IMG/VR virus record: IMGVR_UViG_3300037847_006528
Coordinates: 1 to 64,000 of that record
Strand: one strand, 5' to 3'
Length of the DNA stretch: 64,000 nucleotides
Source of the DNA: a virus
The position numbers and the translations under genes are program-made. Numbering within the stretch: the first letter of the stretch is position 1; the number at the start of each line of letters is the position of its first letter. The notes under the pieces are model-generated. The model worked only from the letters and a program-made list of their open reading frames with translations. It ran no database searches and had not been told where the DNA came from. Positions 44,853 to 54,892 of the stretch are shown piece by piece.

Positions 44853-46542
44853 GAAACTAAAAGTTTTAATTCACTCTAATCATTCTCGGTTAGTCACTGG
44901 ATTTGGCAAAAACGCAAGAAATGTATTACTTGGTCTGAATGAAGATCCAGATATAGAAGTAATAGAAGCAGCGAACGGACCAAGATATGGTGCTGACTTA
45001 ATGACACCTTGGGAATCTTATGGGACACAACCTATAAATTCTTCCTTGATACAGGCTATTCAAGGAGACCCTGCTAAAGAGAGAGGTGCTAGCTATGGCT
45101 TCTATACCATAGATCAAATTATAGATGAATGTAAGCCAGATGTATATCTTGGGATTGAGGACATATGGGCTTTTGGAGGATACGAACACAAGCCTTGGTG
45201 GAACAAAATAAATAAAGTTCTCTGGACAACCTTGGATAGTTTACCGATTTTAGATCAAGCCTTACAAATGGAACCTCATTGTGATAAGATGCTAGTTTGG
45301 GCATCTTTCGCAGAGGAAGAAATGAAAAGACTAGGTTATAAAAACGTAGAGACCCTCCACGGTGCTGTAGATTATACAAACTTTAAACCTCTTGATAATA
45401 AAAAAGAACTAAGAGAAAAATTTAATCTTCAAGATAATTATGTAATTGGTTTTGTTTTTAAAAACCAACTAAGAAAATCTGTCCCAAATCTTTTAAGAGG
45501 ATTTAAAATTTTAAAAGAAAAAAATCCAGACTTAAAACCTAAATTGCTTTTGCATACAGATTGGGGGGAAAGGGGCTGGGATATTCCTAAATACATAAAA
45601 GAACTAGAATTAGATCCTAGTGATATTCTATCCACTTACGTTTGCCACGCTTGTGATCATTATTCAGTCTTACCATATGAAGGCGAGGACAGAAAATGCC
45701 CAAGTTGCAATGCAGAAAAATCCTTTAAAACCAAGACAAGCTCTAAAGGAGTGGGTGAAAAAGAATTAAATGAAATTTATAATTTAATGGATGTTTATTG
45801 CCACCCATTCACCAGCGGTGGTCAAGAACTTCCAGTGCAAGAAGCTAAAGCCGCTGGGTTAATAACTTTAGTCACAGAGTATTCCTGTGGGACAGACTCT
45901 TGTTATGAACATCAAGGAGGAATTCCACTAAAATGGAATGAATACAGAGAACCTCATACTCAGTTTATTAAAGCCTCCACATGCCCCCACGACATAGCTC
46001 AACAGTTGCAAAAAGTTGGTAGAATGAGTGATGATGATAAATTTATTCTATCAAATAAAGGAACCAAGTATGTAAAAGAAAATTTTTCCGTTTCAGCCAC
46101 CGTCGAAAAGCTTAAGAAAATTCTTCTTGATCTTAAAAAACCCACTAAAGAAGAACAAGAGGAAAAAGCTACTGAACAACCTCTAATGCTTAATGATGTT
46201 CTTGATGATGAGGGCCAAGAAAACAGAATAGCAGTTGTTCTGCCAGAGTCGGCAGGAGATATATTAATATTGAATTCTCTAATGGATAACCTCAAAAACC
46301 TTTATCCAGAAAAAAACATATATGTATTCACTAAACCTGAGTTTTACCAAATGATTGATGATAATCCAAATGTGCATAAACTTCTGCCATATCAACAATC
46401 TTTAGATAACTTGCTTTATTTAGAGGGAAGAGCAGATCATGAAGGATTCTTTCAAATGGCGTTTTTGCCAAACATTGGGACTCAAAGACATCTTAACTAT
46501 CTTCACAATGGTGAAGATAAAACGCAATTTCAATTAACATGA
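44839..46542 (+). CDS. GT4 glycosyltransferase with CxxC...CxxC insert and C-terminal GT9-like domain
   Basis: TGFG, NQLRK, CHAC...CPSC and GG.ELP..EA motifs; then SAGDILI...LK..YP...I.VFT...NPNV. Confidence 0.75.
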   Translation: MSHSKKLKVLIHSNHSRLVTGFGKNARNVLLGLNEDPDIEVIEAANGPRYGADLMTPWESYGTQPINSSLIQAIQGDPAKERGASYGFYTIDQIIDECKPDVYLGIEDIWAFGGYEHKPWWNKINKVLWTTLDSLPILDQALQMEPHCDKMLVWASFAEEEMKRLGYKNVETLHGAVDYTNFKPLDNKKELREKFNLQDNYVIGFVFKNQLRKSVPNLLRGFKILKEKNPDLKPKLLLHTDWGERGWDIPKYIKELELDPSDILSTYVCHACDHYSVLPYEGEDRKCPSCNAEKSFKTKTSSKGVGEKELNEIYNLMDVYCHPFTSGGQELPVQEAKAAGLITLVTEYSCGTDSCYEHQGGIPLKWNEYREPHTQFIKASTCPHDIAQQLQKVGRMSDDDKFILSNKGTKYVKENFSVSATVEKLKKILLDLKKPTKEEQEEKATEQPLMLNDVLDDEGQENRIAVVLPESAGDILILNSLMDNLKNLYPEKNIYVFTKPEFYQMIDDNPNVHKLLPYQQSLDNLLYLEGRADHEGFFQMAFLPNIGTQRHLNYLHNGEDKTQFQLT

Positions 46543-47663
46543 GTCATCTAGCAGAAGAATACGCCAAGTGCTGCGGAGTTAAAATAGGAAAACCTATTTT
46601 AAAACCTCACTATTTTCCTGTTCTTTACGATAAGTATATAACAATACATAACGATAGAAAAGTTCAAGCAAAAGAGTATGACATGTGGCCTGATGTTATC
46701 CAAATACTTAGGCCATATTTAGGAGATATAAAAATTATACAAATAGGAGCACAAGGAGAAGAAACAATACAGGGCGTAGACAAGCATATTCCTACAGCAT
46801 CTCTTAAGCAGTCTTCTTATATTATAGATAAGGGGCTAGGTCATGTAGGAATAGACAGTGTGCCAGTTCATATAGCTTCAGCCTTAGATAAGCCAGTTGT
46901 TGGTATTTATGCACATACTTACGCTAATACATGTAAACCCTTGTGGAACGACAAATCAAAATCAATACAAATTGAATCACACAGAAATGGAAGGAAGCCT
47001 TCTTTCTCTTTAGAAGAACATCCCAAAACAATCAACCTAATCAAACCAGAAGAAATAGCTCAAGCTATGCTTGATGTATTAGAGATAGATAAAAAAATAA
47101 CACATGAAACTATTTTTATTGGCGATCACTATACTTCTAATTTTGTGGAAGTAATTCCATCTCAGCCAACCACCGTTAAAGCCCCCCTGATTGATGTAAG
47201 AATGGATATTTGCCATAATGAAGAAGTGCTCGGTGGAGTTCTAGAAAGAAACGATGTAGAAGTCACCACAAATAAACCCATTCCGTTACCTCTATTAGAT
47301 ACAAGAAAAATTAAAAAAATTGTTTATAAAAGTGATTTTTTTGACTTAGACTTTTGTGAAGCTGTGAAAAGCAGAGCGATACCAATGTCCTTAGAGTGCA
47401 AGTCTTCAGATAATCTAAAAAAACAAAGAGCCAGACTTTTTGATTATTTGATAAATTCATTAGACGAGAATGAGATAATAAAAAAGAATAAAAAAAGACT
47501 ACCACAAGAAGATCTTGGGAAAATCAATATTGCGAGTAATAAAAAAGTTATTTGTGGAGATCAAATTTATGAAAGTATGTATCATTTGAATGACAAAAAA
47601 AATTCAGACGATTTTTATCTTGATTTAGATTTTTATAGAGTTTATACTGATTCAAATGAGTGA
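46539..47663 (+). CDS. GT9-like glycosyltransferase
   Basis: K.YD.W..V, IIQIG and H.GIDS.P.HIASAL.KP.V motifs. Confidence 0.75.
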   Translation: MSHLAEEYAKCCGVKIGKPILKPHYFPVLYDKYITIHNDRKVQAKEYDMWPDVIQILRPYLGDIKIIQIGAQGEETIQGVDKHIPTASLKQSSYIIDKGLGHVGIDSVPVHIASALDKPVVGIYAHTYANTCKPLWNDKSKSIQIESHRNGRKPSFSLEEHPKTINLIKPEEIAQAMLDVLEIDKKITHETIFIGDHYTSNFVEVIPSQPTTVKAPLIDVRMDICHNEEVLGGVLERNDVEVTTNKPIPLPLLDTRKIKKIVYKSDFFDLDFCEAVKSRAIPMSLECKSSDNLKKQRARLFDYLINSLDENEIIKKNKKRLPQEDLGKINIASNKKVICGDQIYESMYHLNDKKNSDDFYLDLDFYRVYTDSNE

Positions 47664-48435
47664 GAAAAAGATCTACGGACCAGATATCTACAAGCGTAAC
47701 GAGCATGGGTTGCTTGAAAATGTAGACTATAAATTTAACGAGGACGGCTCTGTCAACTGGAGAGCCATGATCAAGGAAGAGTTTCTCTACCCTAACAAAG
47801 ATTGGTTTGCATCTAGGAAGAAAGATGTCCCTACTTCTGTTGAGGGTCTCTCTGATAAGCAACTTCTCATTATGCTTGGAGGCATCAAAGAGCTAGCTAA
47901 AATGAGGGGCTATCATTCTATTGATTTTAAAGTGAATAATGTTTCAAGTGATTATGTCACCGCCAAATGCCAAATAGACTGGATAGAAAATTATGAGAGC
48001 GCCAATACTGGCATATATCCTCGATATACAGATATAGCGAATGCCACCCTTGCAAATACAGACGCTTTTTGTGCTAAATTCCTAGAAACAATCGCCTGTA
48101 ATCGTGCTTTTGTCCGTTGTGTGCGTAATTATCTCAATATCCACATTGTGGGTGCAGATGAGATTGATAAGTCAAAAGGAGCTAATAATTCCAATGCTGT
48201 TGAATATGATGCCTCTAGCGACTCTGCTATGCTGCCTTTAACGCCCTCAGGAGCACTCCAGAAGGCTTTGGATGAGGATAACGGGGTAAAGTCCTTCGAC
48301 AAGTTCAAAGAGCTTCTACGGGCCTTGTGGAAGGAAGAAATCTACAGAAATGAACAAGCTGCAAACTGGAAGTCTTATGAAGACATCCCAGCCAAGGAGT
48401 GCAGAAAGCTCATTGCAATCTGTAAAAAATCATAA
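47656..48435 (+). CDS. Single-strand annealing protein (Rad52/Sak/RecT-like fold)
   Basis: G..ELA..RG and A.A...N......E.IA.NRAF.R.VR..LNI..VG.DEI patterns. Confidence 0.55.
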   Translation: MSEKKIYGPDIYKRNEHGLLENVDYKFNEDGSVNWRAMIKEEFLYPNKDWFASRKKDVPTSVEGLSDKQLLIMLGGIKELAKMRGYHSIDFKVNNVSSDYVTAKCQIDWIENYESANTGIYPRYTDIANATLANTDAFCAKFLETIACNRAFVRCVRNYLNIHIVGADEIDKSKGANNSNAVEYDASSDSAMLPLTPSGALQKALDEDNGVKSFDKFKELLRALWKEEIYRNEQAANWKSYEDIPAKECRKLIAICKKS

Positions 48436-51033
48436 TTTAAGCCTATTTCTCTGAGTCGCATTATATGTGCTAGGCACATTTGACTTAGAATTCATAGCCT
48501 CCATTCCTTTATTCATCAATAACTCAGGATCTGGCGGTATTAACTTAATACTAGATTCTGAAATTGTCGTTGTAATTCCTTGCGGCCCTATCGACACAGA
48601 AACAGAGTTCATTGTTGATTTAAAGGCAGGTATATGTAACCCATATAAAGTTCTAGACGAGGAAGACGGTCTATCTGACTGCTCCCTGTATTCTCCCCTC
48701 AAGCCTTTCAAAACTTCTATTTCTGCCATAGACCCATTATGAGTCGAAAGACTTAAGTGATTTAAAATATTTGGAGCAGTTGGAGCCTCAAGGGTATAAG
48801 ACTTAAGATCAAATCTATCTGCAAGGTCTGACATTTTTTGAGAACTCTCATCACCCCTAGCTATATCTCTATCCTCTTTGTCTGCCCTATCTTTTTCCTC
48901 CTCTTCTTCATCCACCTTATTAACTCTTGTTTTACTTCTAGTATATTCTAATCTTATTCGCTTGTTAACATTCTTAGCCATTGCTACCTCATAGTTTATG
49001 GCAGACTGTCTAGCTATCTCAAGAACCGAAAGAAATATATTTTTACCGTTTTGTAAGGTTGGTCCCCCGAGATACCACAAAGAGTTTCTTCTAGGGTGTT
49101 GAAAAAATTCTAATTTATTAAAAACAGGATCAAAGTCTATTGCTTTATCTGTTTTTTCGGCTTCTGCTTTTTTCTCCTCAACATTTTTCTTCTCAAGCTT
49201 TGGTATGTTTCTTATAGCTAAAAAGAAAAAGGACTCTCCTATAGCTTCAGATTTTACAGCCTCATCATTTGTAAACTGCTGCATCTCTCCTACTTTTCTT
49301 TTTTCTTTAGGAACACCCAAATGATCTAACAGATCATTTAACTCAGCAAGTTCATCTACGTCAGCGATATTCTTATCTTCAGAGAGAGGTCCAAATATAG
49401 TTATATTGTTTGTATTAGTAAACTGCATCCTCTCTACCTTATATTTGCTATAACCATTTGATATAAAAATACCTCCAGCCACAGCAAAATAAGCCGCCAT
49501 CATTTCCCTCATTTTTGTCCCTGATGGCTTGGGTAATGGTTTCACTATATCTTGATCTGCCGCCAACAACCCTCCACGCTTGCCTAAATAAGTTAAAAGT
49601 TTGTAATAAAATCCAGCCGTGCCAGACCTCATCATTGGTTTACCATCATCAAGTCCATTGTGAGTTATTTTGCTTGGGTTTTCTTGATCAAATTTCCAAC
49701 CATGACTACCTTGCCACACGAAATCAAATTCATCTGGGTTGGCATCATGTTTTGCTTGCCACGCCTTCATTTCATCTTTAGGATCTTTTACAGACTTACC
49801 CCAAGCAAACAGCGTCCCACAATTCGGTTTTTGCATGTAAAGACTTGATTTTATCCTTACCTCTTCATTATCATTTAGCGCCCACAAAGGAGGCATCTCA
49901 TTAGGATTATTAACTCTATTTAAATGCATTAAAGCAAAAGTATATTTATCAAAAACTTCTGCATCGTCAGCCACGCCTTGGTTAAATAAAGCAAACCAGA
50001 ATTTTAAATCCCTAGCCTTCATTGGGAACCTTATATCATCCCAAGCTTGTTCAAGATCAACTCTTTTGAAAAATATTGGCCTTGGTCTGTCTTCAGGAGG
50101 GCCAGTAGATTCATTTTCTTGTTTTTCTCCACTTCCAATATAACTATTTACAATTTTAGTGGTCACCAAGCTCTCTGTAAAGCTGGCGCTTATCACATTA
50201 GAATCATCAGTTTCCGTATAATCGTCTACTGGTATAGAAGCTGCCGATTGAGTATTAACAAACTCAAGGCCACCAGTATCTGGATTTACATACCAAAAAT
50301 AACCAAAATAAGAAGCAATAGCCCCAACAACGCTTTCCAGTGTCCCACTGACCTCAAACAAAACATCGTCTGATACTGGCAACCCCTTGGCATCAATCCC
50401 CACTAAACCAAGCATTGATTTAAATTCACTTAAAGTATATCCAAACTTTAATTCATACTGAGCCAAATCTGGAGACGATAAATATTGATTACTAACGGCA
50501 TCAATATTAAGAGATAATTCTGGGACTAATTCATGCTGATGATAACACAAGCCAACCTTCATCCCGTCAAATTGTGCTCCAGCCTCATAGTTATAAACCT
50601 TTCCAGCTAATATAGTTGCTCCATGAAGACTTGGGCCGCTAGCTGGGAAGGGCTTCAAAGGACTTCCAATAACTTCACTAAAGTAAGGGACCGCCCCAGT
50701 ATACTCTTTACCAAAAACTGGAGCATTCACACCTCTGACCAAAACTACATAAGATTTTAAAGTCAAGGAGGTTCTATCTACATATTTTCTACTTATAGAT
50801 CTTCTGGTTGGACCAGAGTTTCTTGTTAATTCAGTGCAAACAAAGTTTTCAAGTGCTTTTTGTATTTTATCATTGGAAAAATTGTTAACATCACCCAAGG
50901 GACCAATAACTGTTCCGAGACCTTCAGTTCCATCTAAATTTTTCGCGCTCAATACAGTGCTCACGCTCGCCGTGTGACCGCCTCCTGAGTTTGTAAAATT
51001 TAAATCTACTTTTGTAATAGTCTCTTTCTTCAT
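48430..51033 (-). CDS. Large tail/baseplate-region hypothetical protein
   Basis: 867 aa; last gene of the tail operon. Confidence 0.6.
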   Translation of the reverse strand: MKKETITKVDLNFTNSGGGHTASVSTVLSAKNLDGTEGLGTVIGPLGDVNNFSNDKIQKALENFVCTELTRNSGPTRRSISRKYVDRTSLTLKSYVVLVRGVNAPVFGKEYTGAVPYFSEVIGSPLKPFPASGPSLHGATILAGKVYNYEAGAQFDGMKVGLCYHQHELVPELSLNIDAVSNQYLSSPDLAQYELKFGYTLSEFKSMLGLVGIDAKGLPVSDDVLFEVSGTLESVVGAIASYFGYFWYVNPDTGGLEFVNTQSAASIPVDDYTETDDSNVISASFTESLVTTKIVNSYIGSGEKQENESTGPPEDRPRPIFFKRVDLEQAWDDIRFPMKARDLKFWFALFNQGVADDAEVFDKYTFALMHLNRVNNPNEMPPLWALNDNEEVRIKSSLYMQKPNCGTLFAWGKSVKDPKDEMKAWQAKHDANPDEFDFVWQGSHGWKFDQENPSKITHNGLDDGKPMMRSGTAGFYYKLLTYLGKRGGLLAADQDIVKPLPKPSGTKMREMMAAYFAVAGGIFISNGYSKYKVERMQFTNTNNITIFGPLSEDKNIADVDELAELNDLLDHLGVPKEKRKVGEMQQFTNDEAVKSEAIGESFFFLAIRNIPKLEKKNVEEKKAEAEKTDKAIDFDPVFNKLEFFQHPRRNSLWYLGGPTLQNGKNIFLSVLEIARQSAINYEVAMAKNVNKRIRLEYTRSKTRVNKVDEEEEEKDRADKEDRDIARGDESSQKMSDLADRFDLKSYTLEAPTAPNILNHLSLSTHNGSMAEIEVLKGLRGEYREQSDRPSSSSRTLYGLHIPAFKSTMNSVSVSIGPQGITTTISESSIKLIPPDPELLMNKGMEAMNSKSNVPSTYNATQRNRLKL

Positions 51034-51857
51034 AAGCTTAGATTATCGGTATAAAGTCCATTCCTTAAACCGCTATTCACACTAGCACTTACACCAGATT
51101 TGATCATCTCGACACCAGTGTAAGTTTCCAAATAGTCGTCAGGATGCTGTAAAACGCCGTTAATATAGAAACTAGTCCTACCTTCTACGAACCCTGTGTC
51201 GCTATACAAATCTGGGGATAGTCCTGTTACTGAATGAGTCCTTACACCTTTCTTGTAGGCAGTGTATTTAAATTTATTTTTATTACTACTAGTAACCACT
51301 CCTCCTCCCGCCGAGAAATCAGGCTGATTTGCAGCAGAAGCTCCAACCCCAAGGCCAGAATAAACTTTTTGACCATTTAGAAAATATTCAAAATCTACAA
51401 AATTGTCTGCCGCTGACGCAAAGGCGGGGTATCTGTCCTCTATGCTTGTTTTAAGAGATGCCCCCAAATCACCAGTTCCGATAAAAATCCCACCAGTATC
51501 AAAGCTGTAAATACCTCTATAATTAGATTTATGAGAAGTAGTGGACACAAAATTCAATACATTTCTTTCAACAGGATCTACTCCTGTTCCTTTGACGAAA
51601 AAATCTCCCGTTTCTATTTTAAATACAGTTTTATTTGTGATCACTGTTTGAGAAGGGACTTCTTGAGTATAATTCATCCCATTCATAGACAACCTTATAG
51701 TATCCTGCCCAGTGACTATTTTTGGATTATAATGAAACTCATCAAGAGTTCCCCCAACTTCTAAATTAAAACCATTAAAATTATTAGTTGAAAGATCCTT
51801 TGAGTGACAACCAGAAACAGTTTTATCACCTGTGACTATAGTGAAATCGTAAATCAT
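51030..51857 (-). CDS. [S/T]G-rich tail structural protein
   Basis: Beta-rich with FLNGQK and YINGV.Q motifs; within the tail operon. Confidence 0.6.
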   Translation of the reverse strand: MIYDFTIVTGDKTVSGCHSKDLSTNNFNGFNLEVGGTLDEFHYNPKIVTGQDTIRLSMNGMNYTQEVPSQTVITNKTVFKIETGDFFVKGTGVDPVERNVLNFVSTTSHKSNYRGIYSFDTGGIFIGTGDLGASLKTSIEDRYPAFASAADNFVDFEYFLNGQKVYSGLGVGASAANQPDFSAGGGVVTSSNKNKFKYTAYKKGVRTHSVTGLSPDLYSDTGFVEGRTSFYINGVLQHPDDYLETYTGVEMIKSGVSASVNSGLRNGLYTDNLSL

Positions 51858-53263
51858 AATCCTATCTGCCCCCCTAAATATTTAATAAAGTTTTTCTTAA
51901 GAGTATAAGAATCGCCTAAGAAATGAACTCCAGAAGACGCTGGAATTTGTTGATTTATAACAGTTTCATAAAGAGGTTCTTGAATAACCCCGCTAATACC
52001 AGAAGTCACTCCTGTTTGCATCCTAGACCCAAAAAGCTGGACAGCCACTGTCGCAGCCCCAGAGATGCCTTTTTGTTCAACATATTCATTTACTGCAATA
52101 TCTATATCCCTTAAACCTAATGTATCAAAAGCTTGCTCTCCTGTTGGCGTATATTGGTAACCTGAACCCATACTCCCATATAAAGCGCCAACTTCTTCTT
52201 TTACAAAAGTGCTAACACCGCTATCAGATAACGCATCATTAAAAGAACGATATACAAAGTATCTGTCGCCTTCTCCAGTATTTACGCTTGTGGCATTAAA
52301 AAAACTACCAGTTAACATATATCTTCCTGTAGATATATTAACACTGCCTGTGCTTTCGTAGTCGTAACCCGTTATACCAGTTTTATATACTATAGTCTGC
52401 GAATACCCAGTTACGTTCTTCTTGAAAGTAGTGGTCCCTGCATTTTCAAAGTAATTCCCCACCAAACCACTACCAAAATCAAACATTACGTTTGCGGGTA
52501 TATATCCACTTAGCAATGCAAAAGAATTTAAACTAACATTAGCGGTCTTAAATGAACCATTAGTGCCTCTAAAGTATTCATCAGATCCTCCTATGTAAAA
52601 TTTATCATTATTGGATATGAATTTAGTATCTAATGAAAATGTTGAGCTATTAACAACATTATTCAAATAGTCGCAACTAAATAAAGATATACTATTAGCT
52701 CCTACGGAAAAACCAACAATATTTCTTTTGCTTAGCTCTATAGAACTATCAAACTTAATAAAATCACCCTTTTCATTAAAGCTCTGATAGAAAAGATGAC
52801 CTCTGTCAGTTAGACCAAAATTATACCCTTTAGCCCCAATAAAAACTTCGTCATTCACAGTGTTAGAAGTTTTTTCTAAAGAACCAAATAAAACACAATT
52901 ACCTACTTGGTTGTTGAATTCAAAATCAAATAAAGCAGAGCATGAAGAAAAATCCAAACTAGAGATTCCAGTTACCTCAATATTGGAGTCGTTCAAATGA
53001 GCTTGATCACCATTTAGAAAAGTTCCAGTAGTAAAAAGTAAAGAGGTTGCTTCCACCGCATGTGCAGAATCTCTAACGATGCCGCTATAAAGACCTGTAT
53101 TAAAAGCGGGATCTGAGTTTTCAAAAACGGTGTAATACAAAGAATCATCAAGGTTATCACCCATACTTCTCCCGCTAAGCCCAGAAAAATCATAATAAGC
53201 CAGCAAACGCTTGTTACTACCAAACGTGGCTTTCGTGATATAATCCATAGATTGTCGGCTCAT
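51854..53263 (-). CDS. Tail protein with a ConA/LamG-like N-terminal region, [S/T]G-rich
   Basis: LLAYYDF, GYNFGL...G.L and FYIGG motifs. Confidence 0.55.
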   Translation of the reverse strand: MSRQSMDYITKATFGSNKRLLAYYDFSGLSGRSMGDNLDDSLYYTVFENSDPAFNTGLYSGIVRDSAHAVEATSLLFTTGTFLNGDQAHLNDSNIEVTGISSLDFSSCSALFDFEFNNQVGNCVLFGSLEKTSNTVNDEVFIGAKGYNFGLTDRGHLFYQSFNEKGDFIKFDSSIELSKRNIVGFSVGANSISLFSCDYLNNVVNSSTFSLDTKFISNNDKFYIGGSDEYFRGTNGSFKTANVSLNSFALLSGYIPANVMFDFGSGLVGNYFENAGTTTFKKNVTGYSQTIVYKTGITGYDYESTGSVNISTGRYMLTGSFFNATSVNTGEGDRYFVYRSFNDALSDSGVSTFVKEEVGALYGSMGSGYQYTPTGEQAFDTLGLRDIDIAVNEYVEQKGISGAATVAVQLFGSRMQTGVTSGISGVIQEPLYETVINQQIPASSGVHFLGDSYTLKKNFIKYLGGQIGL

Positions 53264-53264
53264 A

Positions 53265-54890
53265 TTAGTAGTATCTACTTAGATTATAAGAAATAGTTTG
53301 ATCATTTAAACTACTAGATTCACTAAATTTGTAAACCCCAGTAGAATAACCACTAACTACGTCCATTAATTCAGGCATTTTCCCAGTTCCTCCTTCGCAG
53401 GTGGCGCTAATTGCCCATTGCCCAGCACTCCTCTTCATAATTAATTGTTTAGCGAAACCACCTATACTTGGAACAATACCACTTTTTTCAATCGGTTTAA
53501 TATCGTTGATTGACAATTGCAATCCAGTCAAATTACCTGAGGCTAAATCTACTTTATTATCAAATGATGCAGAATAAGTTATAGTAGAAGTGTTTGGGTC
53601 TTTTGAGAAATCTTCTGATTTTGCCTCGCTATTAACATAATTACCACTTATATGATAGCCCGTCCCAACCTCTCTAAAATCTTGCAAAGCTTCTATAGCA
53701 AAATTCAATAATCCAGAATTTTCTATAACTCCGCTAAAAACACTATCAACCTCTAAAAACCTTGCTCCTGTTGCTGGGTCTCCTGTTCCTAATACATCAA
53801 AAGGTCCATTATAAGAAAGGTTACCGTTAACAGAAATGTTCACAATACTTTCATCTTTAGATGTAGATACATTTGCTGTTCTTTTATGCAAGACGTTCCC
53901 AATTTGATCTGTGTTATCTGGATCTTGAAAACTAAAAGTATAATCTACTTTATTAACACCACTATCTATCCTGTAAGAGACTGACTTTGGACCTCTGTTT
54001 ATAAAACTATAAGCACCACTCTCATAATCTGAAAGAGAGGACGCTACAGCGTTAACTGCTATCTCTGTGGCTTGAGTGGAAGTAAACATACCTGTATCAA
54101 CCAAACCATCTGTATTCTTTGTGGCATCCATGTTGCCTTGAACAGATGCGTTAACATTCACACTTAAACCCGCATCTTTATCAAATGCTATCTGAGTTGA
54201 AGACGTAAAGAAGCCAGAGACATTCTTTATTGGATTTTCACTAGTGCTATATTTATAGTTCTCAATTATCCCGTAAGTGTTTGAAGCTTTATCTATGTTC
54301 TCTGTCCTTGATATAAGATATGCGCCACCAGCTACAGCACCTCCTTCGGCACCTGTTTGAAAAAGGCTAATGTTTCTACATCCAGTCGCTCTTCCCGTAA
54401 CAAAATTAATTGCATTTACTAACGGAGCAGTGTTGTCAATTTTAACACCTTGCGCCGAAACAGTATGGGTAGCTGCGGTTATTTTACCAACCTCTTCCGT
54501 GAAGCTCCAATTATCTACAGGACTTTGAACTCCAAAATATTCTGAAAAAACTCCAGAGGAAAAAGATTCAAAACTAACGCTATAGGGAAGAACAGTCGTT
54601 AAATCCGAATCGCTGAAAGAAATTGAAGTAGGCTTTGAACATGTAAATTCTTTATTAGAGTCATCATTCGATACTGTCAGGGTCTCGTATTCCGACATCA
54701 ACCCGCTAATCATTTGCATTTTTTGCAAATGCAACCCGCTCAAATTTGCACCCGTCAAATTACCTATAAGCTCCACACCATCTTGATAGTGGTCTAGCTT
54801 ACCCGCCACATAAACAGGATTCACGCTCTGGCCAACCAAAGGAGTGGGGTCAGGGAAAGTATATGAACCGTATGTTATGCTTTCAGCCAT
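53265..54890 (-). CDS. Tail/baseplate structural protein
   Basis: Beta-rich 541-aa ORF downstream of the tape measure gene. Confidence 0.6.
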   Translation of the reverse strand: MAESITYGSYTFPDPTPLVGQSVNPVYVAGKLDHYQDGVELIGNLTGANLSGLHLQKMQMISGLMSEYETLTVSNDDSNKEFTCSKPTSISFSDSDLTTVLPYSVSFESFSSGVFSEYFGVQSPVDNWSFTEEVGKITAATHTVSAQGVKIDNTAPLVNAINFVTGRATGCRNISLFQTGAEGGAVAGGAYLISRTENIDKASNTYGIIENYKYSTSENPIKNVSGFFTSSTQIAFDKDAGLSVNVNASVQGNMDATKNTDGLVDTGMFTSTQATEIAVNAVASSLSDYESGAYSFINRGPKSVSYRIDSGVNKVDYTFSFQDPDNTDQIGNVLHKRTANVSTSKDESIVNISVNGNLSYNGPFDVLGTGDPATGARFLEVDSVFSGVIENSGLLNFAIEALQDFREVGTGYHISGNYVNSEAKSEDFSKDPNTSTITYSASFDNKVDLASGNLTGLQLSINDIKPIEKSGIVPSIGGFAKQLIMKRSAGQWAISATCEGGTGKMPELMDVVSGYSTGVYKFSESSSLNDQTISYNLSRYY

Positions 54891-54892
54891 TT

